A DNA stretch of 17,175 bases from Polyangiales bacterium (lineage in GTDB: Bacteria > Myxococcota_A > Polyangia > Polyangiales > Houyiibacteriaceae), in assembly GCA_045106895.1 (NCBI GenBank), contig JBGCFM010000158.1, forward strand, positions 1-17,175, written 5' to 3'. The first letter of the stretch is position 1, and the number at the start of each line of letters is the position of its first letter. The translations under genes and the position numbers were made by a program. A model generated the notes under the pieces. It made no database searches and had not been told where the DNA came from. It was given only the letters and a program-made list of their open reading frames with translations. Shown here in pieces: positions 7,487 through 16,362 of the stretch.

Positions 7487-8767
7487 CTAAGTGACGAGGA
7501 AGGTGATCACACCGGCGACGATGCCCACCATCGTCAGTGACCAGAGCGCCACCGCCACGCGCGGGAACTTCTCCATCATTCGGACCGTGGTCCCCTGCGT
7601 GTATTTGATCAGCGTGACGGGGCACTTGATGGGGATCTGACCGGAACGGAGAAGCGAGAGGTAAGTGATCGCCTCCGATGCCGATGCGAAGCGCTCGTCA
7701 CGATTGTTGCGCAGCCCCCGAATCAAGAAGTGACGCAGCTCCGCGGGGACGGCGGGCTGGCCGGCAGCTTCCGAGTAGACCGGCGCGTAGACGCCTGGCG
7801 GTTCGCGCGTTGTCGACGCGGCGAGCATCTCGGCGAGGCTCTGGTCGGCGTCCACGTAGCTTCGGAGCGTAAGGAGCTCGAAGAGCAGTGCGAAGGCCGA
7901 GTAGATGTCCGCGCGCGCGTCGACGGGTTGCCCCGCGGCCTGCTCCGGCGACATGTAGAGTGGAGTCCCGATAACACCGCCGACGCCGGTGTTCGCGGCT
8001 CGAGAGCGGTCGTCGCTCGCCGTCGCCACGTCCGCGGTCTCCTCGAACTCGGCTTCGAGGTCCCTGGCGATGCCCCAGTCCGTCAGCACGACGTCTCCGT
8101 TCGCGCCCACCATGACGTTGTCCGGCTTCACGTCTCGATGCATCACACCGGCCTCGTGCGCGTGGGCAAGGGCGGACATGATGTCGATGAAGATGTCGAT
8201 GCGCCGAGCGAGTGGGTAACGTGCGAGCGTCGCTGGGTCACGCTGGGCGAGGCGCGCGATGATGTCGCTGAGGGCCTCCCCGGCGACATAGCGCATCGTG
8301 AAAAAGAGACGCCCCTCGGAGTCGACGTCGACGTCGTACACCCCGGCGATATTGGGGTGCTCGAGCTGACCCATAAAACGAATCTCGTCGGCAAAGCGCG
8401 CGAGGAGCTCCGGGGAGTTGGTCAAGGTTCGTTTCACCGCGACGGTGCGACCGATGTCATCGTCCTTCGCGAGAAGGACCTCGCCCATGCCGCCGCGCCC
8501 GAGGACTTGAGTCGCCTGATACCGAGGCACCTCTCGCGCTTCGAGGCGCAGTAGGCCGTCGTCGCGCTTGGCTGTGGGGATGACCGTCGAGCGAAGGATG
8601 GTGAGTAGGTGTTTCGATTTTGGTGCGACGGCCTCCGGCGCTGGCGCATCTCCGGCAAGCGTCGCCGCAAAAGCTGCGTCGTCCAGAGCGCTTCGCGCGG
8701 AGGGTGCTCCATCTGGCGTCACGATGGTGTCCACACGTTGACTTCGGTCTTTGGGGTCTTCTGGCAA
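7487..8767 (-). CDS. Hanks-type Ser/Thr protein kinase with one C-terminal TM helix
   Basis: LGRGGMGEV, VAVK, LEHPNI, HRDVKPDN, TDWG, GTPLYMSPEQ, ADIYS; terminal hydrophobic helix. TTG start preceded by GGATAGG. Confidence 0.95.
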   Translation of the reverse strand: MPEDPKDRSQRVDTIVTPDGAPSARSALDDAAFAATLAGDAPAPEAVAPKSKHLLTILRSTVIPTAKRDDGLLRLEAREVPRYQATQVLGRGGMGEVLLAKDDDIGRTVAVKRTLTNSPELLARFADEIRFMGQLEHPNIAGVYDVDVDSEGRLFFTMRYVAGEALSDIIARLAQRDPATLARYPLARRIDIFIDIMSALAHAHEAGVMHRDVKPDNVMVGANGDVVLTDWGIARDLEAEFEETADVATASDDRSRAANTGVGGVIGTPLYMSPEQAAGQPVDARADIYSAFALLFELLTLRSYVDADQSLAEMLAASTTREPPGVYAPVYSEAAGQPAVPAELRHFLIRGLRNNRDERFASASEAITYLSLLRSGQIPIKCPVTLIKYTQGTTVRMMEKFPRVAVALWSLTMVGIVAGVITFLVT

Positions 8768-8840
8768 TGGGCACCTATCCGTGGCTAAGAAGCGGCTCGC
8801 AACGTCCCCGGACCGTTCGGCCCGGAGACGTCGCTCGGAA

Positions 8841-9152
8841 TCACGCGTGGATGACCTTCGCGGCCATGATGTCGGCGGAGACGATTGAAGGTGGCTCGGC
8901 GAGGAGCACGTCCGCGTTGGCCATCAACGCCGCGGCGATATCACCCTCGAGGTGCTTGGTCCGGTCCGCCGCGTTCGCGAACGCGTCCACGATGTAGAAC
9001 GTGGTTTCATTGGCCCGCATGGCGAACCAGACCGGAGTGAACGCCTCCGCCTGCGCGAGTGGGAGCGCGCCGGCGAGGAACTTGGCGACCTCTTCGGACT
9101 TTTCGGCTTTGGCGATGATCTTGACGACGAGTGCACTCTTTAGGTCAGACAT
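8841..9152 (-). CDS. Antibiotic biosynthesis monooxygenase (ABM) family, putative quinol monooxygenase
   Basis: ALVVKIIAK...EEVAKFLAGALPLAQAE..TPVWFA....TFYIVDAF....RTKHLEGDIAAALMA; AAAGGAG Shine-Dalgarno upstream on the minus strand. Confidence 0.9.
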   Translation of the reverse strand: MSDLKSALVVKIIAKAEKSEEVAKFLAGALPLAQAEAFTPVWFAMRANETTFYIVDAFANAADRTKHLEGDIAAALMANADVLLAEPPSIVSADIMAAKVIHA

Positions 9153-9308
9153 TTTCAGACTCCTTTGTGGGGGTTGTCGTCACCGACTCCGTGTCGGCGA
9201 CCGAGATACGATAGGGAGGGAGGTCGGACACGGCGAGTGGCGTAATCGACACTTATGATAGAGATTCCGACATTGATGGATCGAGCGTGGGTGGCTATGT
9301 TTCCCGGC

Positions 9309-10271
9309 ATGAAGGTCCATGTAATGGCGATGGGCGGCGCGTTCGATACCGGCCTCGTCACGGTTCTCGACACGCTCAAGTTGGCGAATGACTTTGCGAC
9401 GTCCAAGGGCATGCGGGTGCCTTTTGACGTTACCGTCGTTGGCGTGCGACGGACCGTGCGTACCCAACAGGGCTTCGGCGTGCCGACTCAGCACGTTTCC
9501 AACGTCGACACCCCAGAGCTGGTCATCGTGCCGGCCCTCGGTGAGATGTCCTCACCGGAACTAGACGTCGCGTTGAAGAGGCGCGACATCCGCGACTTGA
9601 AGCGACGGGTAGGGGACTGGCATGCGAGCGGTGCACGTTTAGCGGCGGCGTGTACCGGGACATTCGTCCTCGCCGCAGCGGGCCTGCTCGACGGACTTCG
9701 CGCCACGACAAGCTGGTGGCTCGCCCCGGACTTTCGCCGACGTTTCCCAGCAGTGCTCCTCGATGATACGCGCATGGTCGTTGAGACCAAGGGCCGCATC
9801 ACGGCCGGTGCCGCACTTGCCCACATCGACCTAGCGTTGTGGCTTGTACGAGAACAGAGCCCACTCTTGGCGCGCACGACGTCGCGCTTCTTGCTGTTCG
9901 ATGGTCGCCCGACGCAGGCCACCTACGCGATGGCAGACCACATCGCGCATCAGGATCCTATCGTCGAGGCGTTCGAGCTCTGGGCCCGGGGGCACCTGCG
10001 AGACTTCAGCATGTCCCGCGCCGCCAAGGCCGTGGGTACTAGCCAGCGCACACTTCAGCGGCGAGTACAGCAGGTACTTGGCTGCACTCCAATTCACTAC
10101 GTCGGCGACTTGCGCGTCGACTTAGCTCGACATCGTCTTGAGACGACGGACGAGAGCATCGAGGAGATCGCGGAAGCCGTGGGCTACTCCGACGGGGTCA
10201 CGCTCCGGACTTTGCTTCGTCAGCGTACAGGCATCGGAGTTCGAGCACTAAGGGCTCAACGCATGGAGTGA
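9309..10271 (+). CDS. GlxA-family transcriptional regulator (DJ-1/PfpI domain plus AraC HTH)
   Basis: LVIVPALG, AACTGTFVLAAAGLLDGLRATTSWW, TAGAALAHIDLAL, SQRTLQRR, LETTDESIEEIAEAVGYSD; divergent from the ABM gene. In-frame ATG at 9309 chosen. Confidence 0.93.
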   Translation: MKVHVMAMGGAFDTGLVTVLDTLKLANDFATSKGMRVPFDVTVVGVRRTVRTQQGFGVPTQHVSNVDTPELVIVPALGEMSSPELDVALKRRDIRDLKRRVGDWHASGARLAAACTGTFVLAAAGLLDGLRATTSWWLAPDFRRRFPAVLLDDTRMVVETKGRITAGAALAHIDLALWLVREQSPLLARTTSRFLLFDGRPTQATYAMADHIAHQDPIVEAFELWARGHLRDFSMSRAAKAVGTSQRTLQRRVQQVLGCTPIHYVGDLRVDLARHRLETTDESIEEIAEAVGYSDGVTLRTLLRQRTGIGVRALRAQRME

Positions 10272-10335
10272 CTCGGACTTCAAAACCCACTCGAGTTCAA
10301 GGAAGAAGCCGCCACAAACACACGTATGATGCGCC

Positions 10336-10848
10336 ATGGACACCATCGAACCCTCGAAATCTTCCCGTGCAGCTTGTCGACAGTGTGGAGAGAAGATCAA
10401 AAAGGGCGAGCTCCGCTTCGGCGAAGAATACGAGAGCGAGTATGGCGCTTCCTATCGCTGGTATCACCTGCCATGTGCGGCAAAGAAGCTGCCGGCGCTC
10501 TTGAAGAAGACCCTCGAGGGCTACGAGGGCGAAGTAGAGAATCGCGAGGCGCTTTTTGCGTCCGCGAACAAGCCTGCCGAAGCGAAGGTGGAGGCGGCGC
10601 CGGTGCCGCTGGGGCCCAAGACCAACGACAAGATCGAAGTCGCGAAGTCGTCTCGTTCAAAGTGCCGGCAGTGCGGCGAGAAGATTGAAAAGGGGAAAAA
10701 CCGATTCGGCGAAGAGTACGAGAGTGAGTATGGCCTCTCGTTCCGTTGGTATCACCTGCCCTGCGCTGCGAAGAAGCTCCCTGCGCTCTTCGGCAACACC
10801 CTCGGTCATCACGAAGGAGAGATCGAAGAGCGCGCCGAGCTCCTCGCG
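10336..10848 (+). repeat. Intragenic duplication of the zinc-finger module (10336-10560 vs 10624-10848)
   Basis: aa 1-75 vs aa 97-171 align without gaps, 53/75 identical by hand count; period 96 codons. Confidence 0.9.
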
Positions 10849-13410
10849 CTCCTCAGCGGCGGCGGAGATTCTACGCCGCAAGAGATTCTCCCGGACTACC
10901 CGGACGTCAGCATCGCGCCCACCGGTCGCGCAAGCTGCATCCAGTGTCGCGAGAAGATCGAGAAGGGTGCGACGCGCATCTCCGTGGAAGTGGACATCGA
11001 GATCCGCGGACGCATGAGCCGCGGCGCCGGGTATATGCACGCGCCCTGCGTGGGCAGCTGGCTCGGCGAGAACGAAGACGTCGACGCGGCGGAGTTCAAC
11101 CGCATCATCGTTGCCAAGGGCGGCGCAGCTTCCGAGGCGAAGGTGGCTGTGGTCCGCGAGTTGCCGGACCTCGGAACGGTTTCCGGGGACAAGCTCCGCG
11201 CCATCGCCAAGAAGATCATCAAGCTCAAGGACCACTACCGGATCGCAGATCACATTCAGGACAACGTCCCCTACAAGCTCTCGAGCCTCGTCGTGTTTCA
11301 TCTGATCGCCCACGACGCCATCGACGTTGGGAAGAACGTCTACTTGCTGAGAGGGATGCGCGAGTACCTCAACTACGACGGCTGCGAGAACCCCGGCGAC
11401 GAAGACCGCCGCCTAGCGCACGTTGACACCATCGCCAAAGCGCTGCTGCAGATCCCTTCGAAGCCCGCCTACGATTCGCATCCGACCTTCGCGAACCTCC
11501 CCGACACTGCCGTTGAGCTGGGCTTGTTTCTAGTGCGTCATGCGCCGGACAAGGCGCGGGAGATCTATCCCTCCCTCAAGCCCAACGTGCAGGTCGCCAT
11601 CTCCCTGCCCATGCTCATCGATGAGATGGAGCTACCTGAAGGCGCCACCGAAGCGCTCACGGATGCCATGGCGCCGCTCATCGGTGACTATGCGCCGACG
11701 TTCTACGTTCCGGGTCAAGACCACGTGGAGCTGAAGCCGGATGTCGATGCCCTCATCGAACGCATGGGGACTCAAGAGCGATGGATGGCTCATTGCCTGA
11801 AGGCCATGAAGAAAAAGGAGTGCGATATCCAGACGGTGTTTGGACTCCGCAAGGCCATCGAGACAGCGACGAAGGCGCCCATTCTCAACGCCCTCGAGTC
11901 CATTCTGAACAACCACTCCGATCCGAAAGGCTGGGACGAGTTTCGACCCGCACTCCAGGTGCGCGACGATCTGAATGCGCTCGCAAAGCACGTGGCCAAG
12001 CCCGCGTCGAAGGCCACGGAGAGGCTGAAGTTGCTCGTCTTCGGATTGGCCGAGAAGCTGCCCAAGGGCGCGGAAGATACCCTCGATTTCTCCAGTCTGA
12101 GCGGCTACGACGGGCGCTTCGTTCCGCTCTACGAAGCTGTGCTGCGCCTGGCGGGTGAGAAACGCGCCCTCGCCGCGGGACAGCGCGCCCTCGCCAACGA
12201 CGATCTCCGCCCGAGCGGCAAAGCGTGGGTCACCTTGCTCGCGCGCATCTACGGCGATGCCGCGAGTGACCACATCGCGCGCCTCATCGAGCTGGGACGA
12301 ACGGAATCGACGGCGCTCTACCACTTGAACTTGGCGCCACAGGCGTGCCTTGAGGAGGTGCAGAAGCACGACGACCTAATGGCGAAGAGCGAGCTTCTCA
12401 CGGGCATCGCCGCCGGGTTCGCGTCGGCAGGCGAAGAGATTCCGGACGTCCTCGACGAGGCCATCGCGAGCCGCCCTTACGATTTCCCCAAGTACACAAA
12501 CAGGCTCTCCGACGAACGATGGATTCGCGTCATCAACATGGCCCTCGAGACAAACCCACCGGGCAAAGCGATCGGACGTGTTCAAGGCACGTCCGACCCC
12601 GTTCGTCAGCACTGCGTTGAGCAGCTCGTGGAGCGGCGAAAGAAGATCAAGAAGCAGTTTGATGGACGCGAGGCGTTCCGCGCCGTCGACCCCAACGCCG
12701 TCATGCTCATGCCGCTAATGGCCAAGGTCGACGCGGGCGAAAAGAAGTTCTTTCGCCTCCTCGAGAAGTCCTACGACAAAGCGACCTACGGAAAGCTCTG
12801 TGACGCCGCCGGCAAGAAGGTCCTGACACGCGCAGAGAAGCTCCTAGCTCTGTCCGGCACCGGCGGTGACACGGGCAAGCGGCCGGTGCTCTTCTATCCA
12901 GCCAAGGGCGACCTCGCGCCGCTTGCGGTGGAGACACTGAGCTACTCCGGCGACGTTCCTCCGCCGGGCGTCGAACGACCCAAGGGCGTGGAAGAGGACA
13001 AGAAGCACATCCTCAGCTTCGATCTCTCCCCCTTTCCCGCCCTCGTCCAGCAGTTCGGCCACGAGACCATGTCGCTCTTCGTGGAGGCGCCGAATAGCGG
13101 CGAGTTCAACGAGCAAGCGGAGCTCATCGGTTCACCCAAACTCAGCGCGATCCCCGAAGGCGGCAGAGCCATGGACATTGGCGCCATCGACCTCCCGGAG
13201 AAGCTGCGCAAGAGCGGCCGGAGCGCGGACGCCAAGGAGCTGCGCTCCGTCCTCGGAGGACTGGACGCTCACGCCTTCGGTCCCGCCTACTGGATTCAAC
13301 AGAACCTCGGCGACTCCGTCACGCTGCAGCTCAACGACAGCTTCATCAACCTCGGCGACACCGGCTCGTTCTACACCGGCTACTTCGGGACAACCTGGCA
13401 GTGCTACTGA
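10336..13410 (+). CDS. 1024-aa protein: three PARP-type zinc fingers, large helical middle, C-terminal YwqG/DUF1963-like domain
   Basis: Three C-x2-C...H-x2-C fingers with the PARP-finger pattern (S/T).R..C..C.EKI.KG..R (C14/17-H44/C47, C110/113-H140/C143, C201/204-H235/C238). C-terminal HILSFDL, MSLFV, FGPAYWIQ, LQL, NLGDTGSFY, WQCY. Confidence 0.88.
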   Translation: MDTIEPSKSSRAACRQCGEKIKKGELRFGEEYESEYGASYRWYHLPCAAKKLPALLKKTLEGYEGEVENREALFASANKPAEAKVEAAPVPLGPKTNDKIEVAKSSRSKCRQCGEKIEKGKNRFGEEYESEYGLSFRWYHLPCAAKKLPALFGNTLGHHEGEIEERAELLALLSGGGDSTPQEILPDYPDVSIAPTGRASCIQCREKIEKGATRISVEVDIEIRGRMSRGAGYMHAPCVGSWLGENEDVDAAEFNRIIVAKGGAASEAKVAVVRELPDLGTVSGDKLRAIAKKIIKLKDHYRIADHIQDNVPYKLSSLVVFHLIAHDAIDVGKNVYLLRGMREYLNYDGCENPGDEDRRLAHVDTIAKALLQIPSKPAYDSHPTFANLPDTAVELGLFLVRHAPDKAREIYPSLKPNVQVAISLPMLIDEMELPEGATEALTDAMAPLIGDYAPTFYVPGQDHVELKPDVDALIERMGTQERWMAHCLKAMKKKECDIQTVFGLRKAIETATKAPILNALESILNNHSDPKGWDEFRPALQVRDDLNALAKHVAKPASKATERLKLLVFGLAEKLPKGAEDTLDFSSLSGYDGRFVPLYEAVLRLAGEKRALAAGQRALANDDLRPSGKAWVTLLARIYGDAASDHIARLIELGRTESTALYHLNLAPQACLEEVQKHDDLMAKSELLTGIAAGFASAGEEIPDVLDEAIASRPYDFPKYTNRLSDERWIRVINMALETNPPGKAIGRVQGTSDPVRQHCVEQLVERRKKIKKQFDGREAFRAVDPNAVMLMPLMAKVDAGEKKFFRLLEKSYDKATYGKLCDAAGKKVLTRAEKLLALSGTGGDTGKRPVLFYPAKGDLAPLAVETLSYSGDVPPPGVERPKGVEEDKKHILSFDLSPFPALVQQFGHETMSLFVEAPNSGEFNEQAELIGSPKLSAIPEGGRAMDIGAIDLPEKLRKSGRSADAKELRSVLGGLDAHAFGPAYWIQQNLGDSVTLQLNDSFINLGDTGSFYTGYFGTTWQCY

Positions 13411-14759
13411 CGGCGGTCTGAGCCGACACCGGAAACGAACGACTCCCGGCGAATCCCGTGTTTGCGCATCTTGGTCTGCAAGGTGCTCGGCTTTAGCCCA
13501 AGAGCCTGTGCGGCCCCGTCATCGCCATAGATTTTGCCCCGAGACCTCGTCAGGGCATTCTCGATGTGTTCACGGATACAATCCGCCAACGTTCCGACCT
13601 GGGCGGGCGGCGCGGCGAGAGACGGCGGCGGCGAGCTCAAATCCGGCACCCGAAGGCGTCCGCCGCGCGAACGGATAAAGCAGCGCTCCACAACATTCTC
13701 AAGCTCCCGGACGTTACCTGGCCAGTCATGGCGAGCGAGTCTCGTCATCGCTTCCTTCGGCAAGGTTGGGAGAGGCAGCGCGCTGCGTTCGGCGAGTCGC
13801 TTGAGCTTTCGTCGCGCGAGCTCGGGCACGTCTTCGGGCCGCTCTCTCAGCGGCGCGATCTGGATCGGAAAAACGTTGAGGCGGAAGAAGAGGTCTTCGC
13901 GAAAAGTACCGGCGCGAACCATGGATTCGAGGTCTCGATGCGTTGCGGCGATGACGCGTACGTTCACCGTGATCGAGCGTTCCGAGCCCAGCCTTTCCAG
14001 GGTGCCTTCCTGAAGAACACGGAGCAGTTTGACCTGTGATGACAAGTTGAGGTCACCGATCTCGTCCAGAAAAAGCGTCCCTCCAGACGCGAGTTCGAAG
14101 CGCCCACGGCGTGCGGCTATTGCGCCGGTAAACGCGCCGCGTTCGTGGCCGAAGAGCTCGCTCTCGATCATCGTCTCAGGAAGCGCCCCGCAGTTGACGG
14201 CGACGAAGGGACCAGAGCTTCGCAAAGAAGAGCGGTGAACGTGGCGGGCGAGGAGTTCCTTGCCCGTACCGGATTCTCCCCGGATCAATACGGTGGCCGG
14301 GTGCGGCGCGACGAGCTCAGCGGCGGTGATGGCCTCGCGCATTTTTGTGCTCACGGCGACAAGGTGTGGCGTGAGTTCGGAGAGCCTGAGCCGACGTCCG
14401 AGTTCCCGGTTTCGCTGATGCGCGCGTTTGGACAGGCTCGCGACTCTCTCTACGAGCTGAAGGTTCCGCACCGACAGGCTTAGGATGACCTGGAGTCCAG
14501 CGAGCGTGGCTGAATCTAGGGGTTGCCCCTCGCCACAGGCGATGTGGACTTCGCCCATCGAAGCGCCGTCCGCCGAGAGCTCAAGTGTGTGTGTCGCCGA
14601 GAGCTTCGGCGCCCTGTCCCGCCACACAAAATCAACGGAGCGGATATTCGGATACTCCGTCAGTGCATTCGAGACGGTGCGAGCCAGAACCATGAGGTTC
14701 GGCGCGCTCATCGCCGCCAACGCGACGGCGCTCAGCAGTGGATCGAATACCTGATTCAT
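13404..14759 (-). CDS. Sigma54-dependent enhancer-binding protein (FhlA-like AAA+ plus Fis-type HTH)
   Basis: [88 protein letters not shown] at 14759 preferred over GTG at 14783, which lies inside the palindrome. The stop overlaps the convergent gene by 7 nt. Confidence 0.95.
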   Translation of the reverse strand: MNQVFDPLLSAVALAAMSAPNLMVLARTVSNALTEYPNIRSVDFVWRDRAPKLSATHTLELSADGASMGEVHIACGEGQPLDSATLAGLQVILSLSVRNLQLVERVASLSKRAHQRNRELGRRLRLSELTPHLVAVSTKMREAITAAELVAPHPATVLIRGESGTGKELLARHVHRSSLRSSGPFVAVNCGALPETMIESELFGHERGAFTGAIAARRGRFELASGGTLFLDEIGDLNLSSQVKLLRVLQEGTLERLGSERSITVNVRVIAATHRDLESMVRAGTFREDLFFRLNVFPIQIAPLRERPEDVPELARRKLKRLAERSALPLPTLPKEAMTRLARHDWPGNVRELENVVERCFIRSRGGRLRVPDLSSPPPSLAAPPAQVGTLADCIREHIENALTRSRGKIYGDDGAAQALGLKPSTLQTKMRKHGIRRESFVSGVGSDRRQ

Positions 14760-14763
14760 GAAA

Positions 14764-14818
14764 AGCGGTATAGCAGTGATCACCGTTATAACGGTGATAT
14801 GAGCACCGGTATTGCGGT
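14764..14818. promoter_or_regulatory. Putative upstream activator sites: three related 14-bp dyads, the middle one inside a perfect 20-bp palindrome
   Basis: AGCGGTATAGCAGT (14764-14777), ACCGTTATAACGGT (14782-14795, within ATCACCGTTATAACGGTGAT 14779-14798), ACCGGTATTGCGGT (14805-14818). Confidence 0.7.
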
Positions 14819-14857
14819 CGTCGGTGGCTCGGTACTGCTATGCTAGTTCGGAGCCGA

Positions 14858-14873
14858 TGGCACAGGGCGTGCG
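14858..14873 (+). promoter_or_regulatory. Sigma54 (-24/-12) promoter for the ferredoxin gene
   Basis: TGGCAC-AGGGC-GTGC with exact GG-N10-GC spacing, followed by an AGGAG RBS (14886-14890) and ATG at 14901; adjacent to a sigma54 activator gene. Confidence 0.8.
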
Positions 14874-14900
14874 CTGGTCGAAGGCAGGAGAACCCTGACT

Positions 14901-15194
14901 ATGGCCACCATCATCACCGATATCTGCGACGGCGTTTGCGACACCGCGTGCGTACACGTCTGCCCCATGGACTGCATTCATGGCCCCATCGATGTCGAAG
15001 AGATTCGAAAGGTCGACCCCGCAGAACGGAGTCAGCGCTTCAAAGGCGTTCAGCTCTATATCGATCCGGAACTCTGCATCGACTGCGGTGCCTGCACGCC
15101 AGAGTGCCCCGTCGACGCGATCTTTCTCGATATCGATGTTCCAGCGGAGCACCGCGCGTCCATTGAAGCCAATGAGGCGTTCTTCCAAGAGTAG
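14901..15194 (+). CDS. Dicluster ferredoxin (FdxA/7Fe-like)
   Basis: CDGVCDTACVHVCPMDCIH and LYIDPELCIDCGACTPECPVDAIF...VP.......N..FF; strong RBS. Confidence 0.95.
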   Translation: MATIITDICDGVCDTACVHVCPMDCIHGPIDVEEIRKVDPAERSQRFKGVQLYIDPELCIDCGACTPECPVDAIFLDIDVPAEHRASIEANEAFFQE

Positions 15195-15266
15195 CGAGTC
15201 GCCAGTAGTAGGGGCGGCCACGAATTAGCCGTTGGCAGGGCAAACGAAAACAGCCACATTCGTCGC

Positions 15267-15305
15267 CGCTGAGCGTTTATGAGCACTCAGCGATTCCCTT
15301 TTTTT
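15267..15305 (+). terminator. Possible intrinsic terminator after the ferredoxin
   Basis: Stem CGCTGAG...CTCAGCG (15267-15292) followed by ATTCCC and T7. The U-tract is offset from the stem, so it is non-canonical. Confidence 0.4.
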
Positions 15306-15318
15306 CGAACGTCTGAAC

Positions 15319-16356
15319 ATGAGTCGCAAGCGCATCGATTCACTCCAAGCCCTCCGCGCTATCGCGGCGGTGCTTGTTGTGCTTTTCCACATGGACGCAT
15401 TCATGCCGGCGTTCATGGGCTTCGAGTTCGCGGGCAACTGGTTTCGCAACGGCGAAGCCGGCGTCGACATCTTCTTCGTCCTGAGCGGTTTCATCATCTA
15501 CTACTCGGTGAAGGGCCGACAAGGCATGACGCGCGGCCGCTTCTTGGAGGCGCGCTTCATACGCCTCTATCCGATCTACTGGCTGGTGCTCGGCGCGCTT
15601 ATCGTGGCGGAGCTTGTCGGCGTGACGAGCGGAAACCCGGAACGCCTCGAGCCCTTCACCATGCTGCGCTCGGTGCTCCTGCTTCCCTCATCGGAGTACG
15701 TGCTGAACGTCTCGTGGACTCTGGCCATCGAGGTCATCTTCTACGCGATCTTCGCGCTGTTTTTCTTCCTCTCCGAGCGCGCGTTCTTTGCCGCCATGCT
15801 CGTCTGGTGCACCACCGCCGTCGCGGTGCGGATGGCTGGCATCGACGCTGGGCCGTCGTGGCTCTCGGGCTTCGTCCTCTACAGCGGCGTCGCCGAGTTC
15901 GGCTTCGGTGTGCTCATCGCACGCTTTACCCGAGACCTCGCCAAGCCCGTCGCTGCCATCGCGCTCGTGGCGGGCATCGGCCTCTTCGTCGCCAGCCTCG
16001 CCGAGTATGGCCCACTCGCGCAGACGAGCCGCGAGTTCGGCTTTGGCATTCCTTCGGCCCTCATCGTCTTCGGCGCGTATCGACTGTCCCCGCCAACGCC
16101 AAAGTGGCTGACGGAAATCGGCGAGAGCTCCTACGTTCTCTACCTCGTCCACGGAGTCGTCCTCTCCGTCCTGCTTCGCGTCGTCAAAAAGCTCGGCGCC
16201 ATCGAAACCCTAGGCCCGCAGGCGAGCGCTTGGCTCGTCGCGGCGCTCACCGTCGTCGTCGCCTACATGGTTCACCGCTGGGTCGAGCGTCCGCTCCTGG
16301 GCCGCATTCGTGTGTGGCAGAAGGCCCGCGACGCGGATGCGGGTGCTACGTCTTAG
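15319..16356 (+). CDS. Acyltransferase family 3 (OafA-like membrane O-acyltransferase)
   Basis: IDSLQALRAIAAVLVVLFH, GVDIFFVLSGFII, FLEARFIRLYPIYW, WTLAIEVIFY, GESSYVLYLVH, HRWVERP; multiple TM helices. Confidence 0.95.
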   Translation: MSRKRIDSLQALRAIAAVLVVLFHMDAFMPAFMGFEFAGNWFRNGEAGVDIFFVLSGFIIYYSVKGRQGMTRGRFLEARFIRLYPIYWLVLGALIVAELVGVTSGNPERLEPFTMLRSVLLLPSSEYVLNVSWTLAIEVIFYAIFALFFFLSERAFFAAMLVWCTTAVAVRMAGIDAGPSWLSGFVLYSGVAEFGFGVLIARFTRDLAKPVAAIALVAGIGLFVASLAEYGPLAQTSREFGFGIPSALIVFGAYRLSPPTPKWLTEIGESSYVLYLVHGVVLSVLLRVVKKLGAIETLGPQASAWLVAALTVVVAYMVHRWVERPLLGRIRVWQKARDADAGATS

Positions 16357-16362
16357 GTACCC

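Noticed and set aside
8970..8985. Perfect 16-bp palindrome CGCGTTCGCGAACGCG
   Set aside because: It lies mid-CDS (encodes AFANA in the ABM gene), is CG-rich and has no regulatory position; probably coincidental.
9179..9275. Hairpin GTCACCGAC-N5-GTCGGCGAC and weak TG...CGACA repeats between the ABM and AraC genes
   Set aside because: Plausible leader structure and regulator sites, but too degenerate to call, and expected for such a divergent pair.
2751..13410. NADAR plus PARP-finger protein as one ADP-ribosylation system
   Set aside because: They are about 7 kb apart on opposite strands with unrelated genes between, the NADAR is of the YbiA type, and no ADP-ribosyltransferase is evident in the window.
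15195..15318. GGGCAAAC...GAAA as a c-di-GMP-I riboswitch upstream of the acyltransferase
   Set aside because: The paired stem around the GAAA tetraloop and the downstream ACGCAAA segment are absent.
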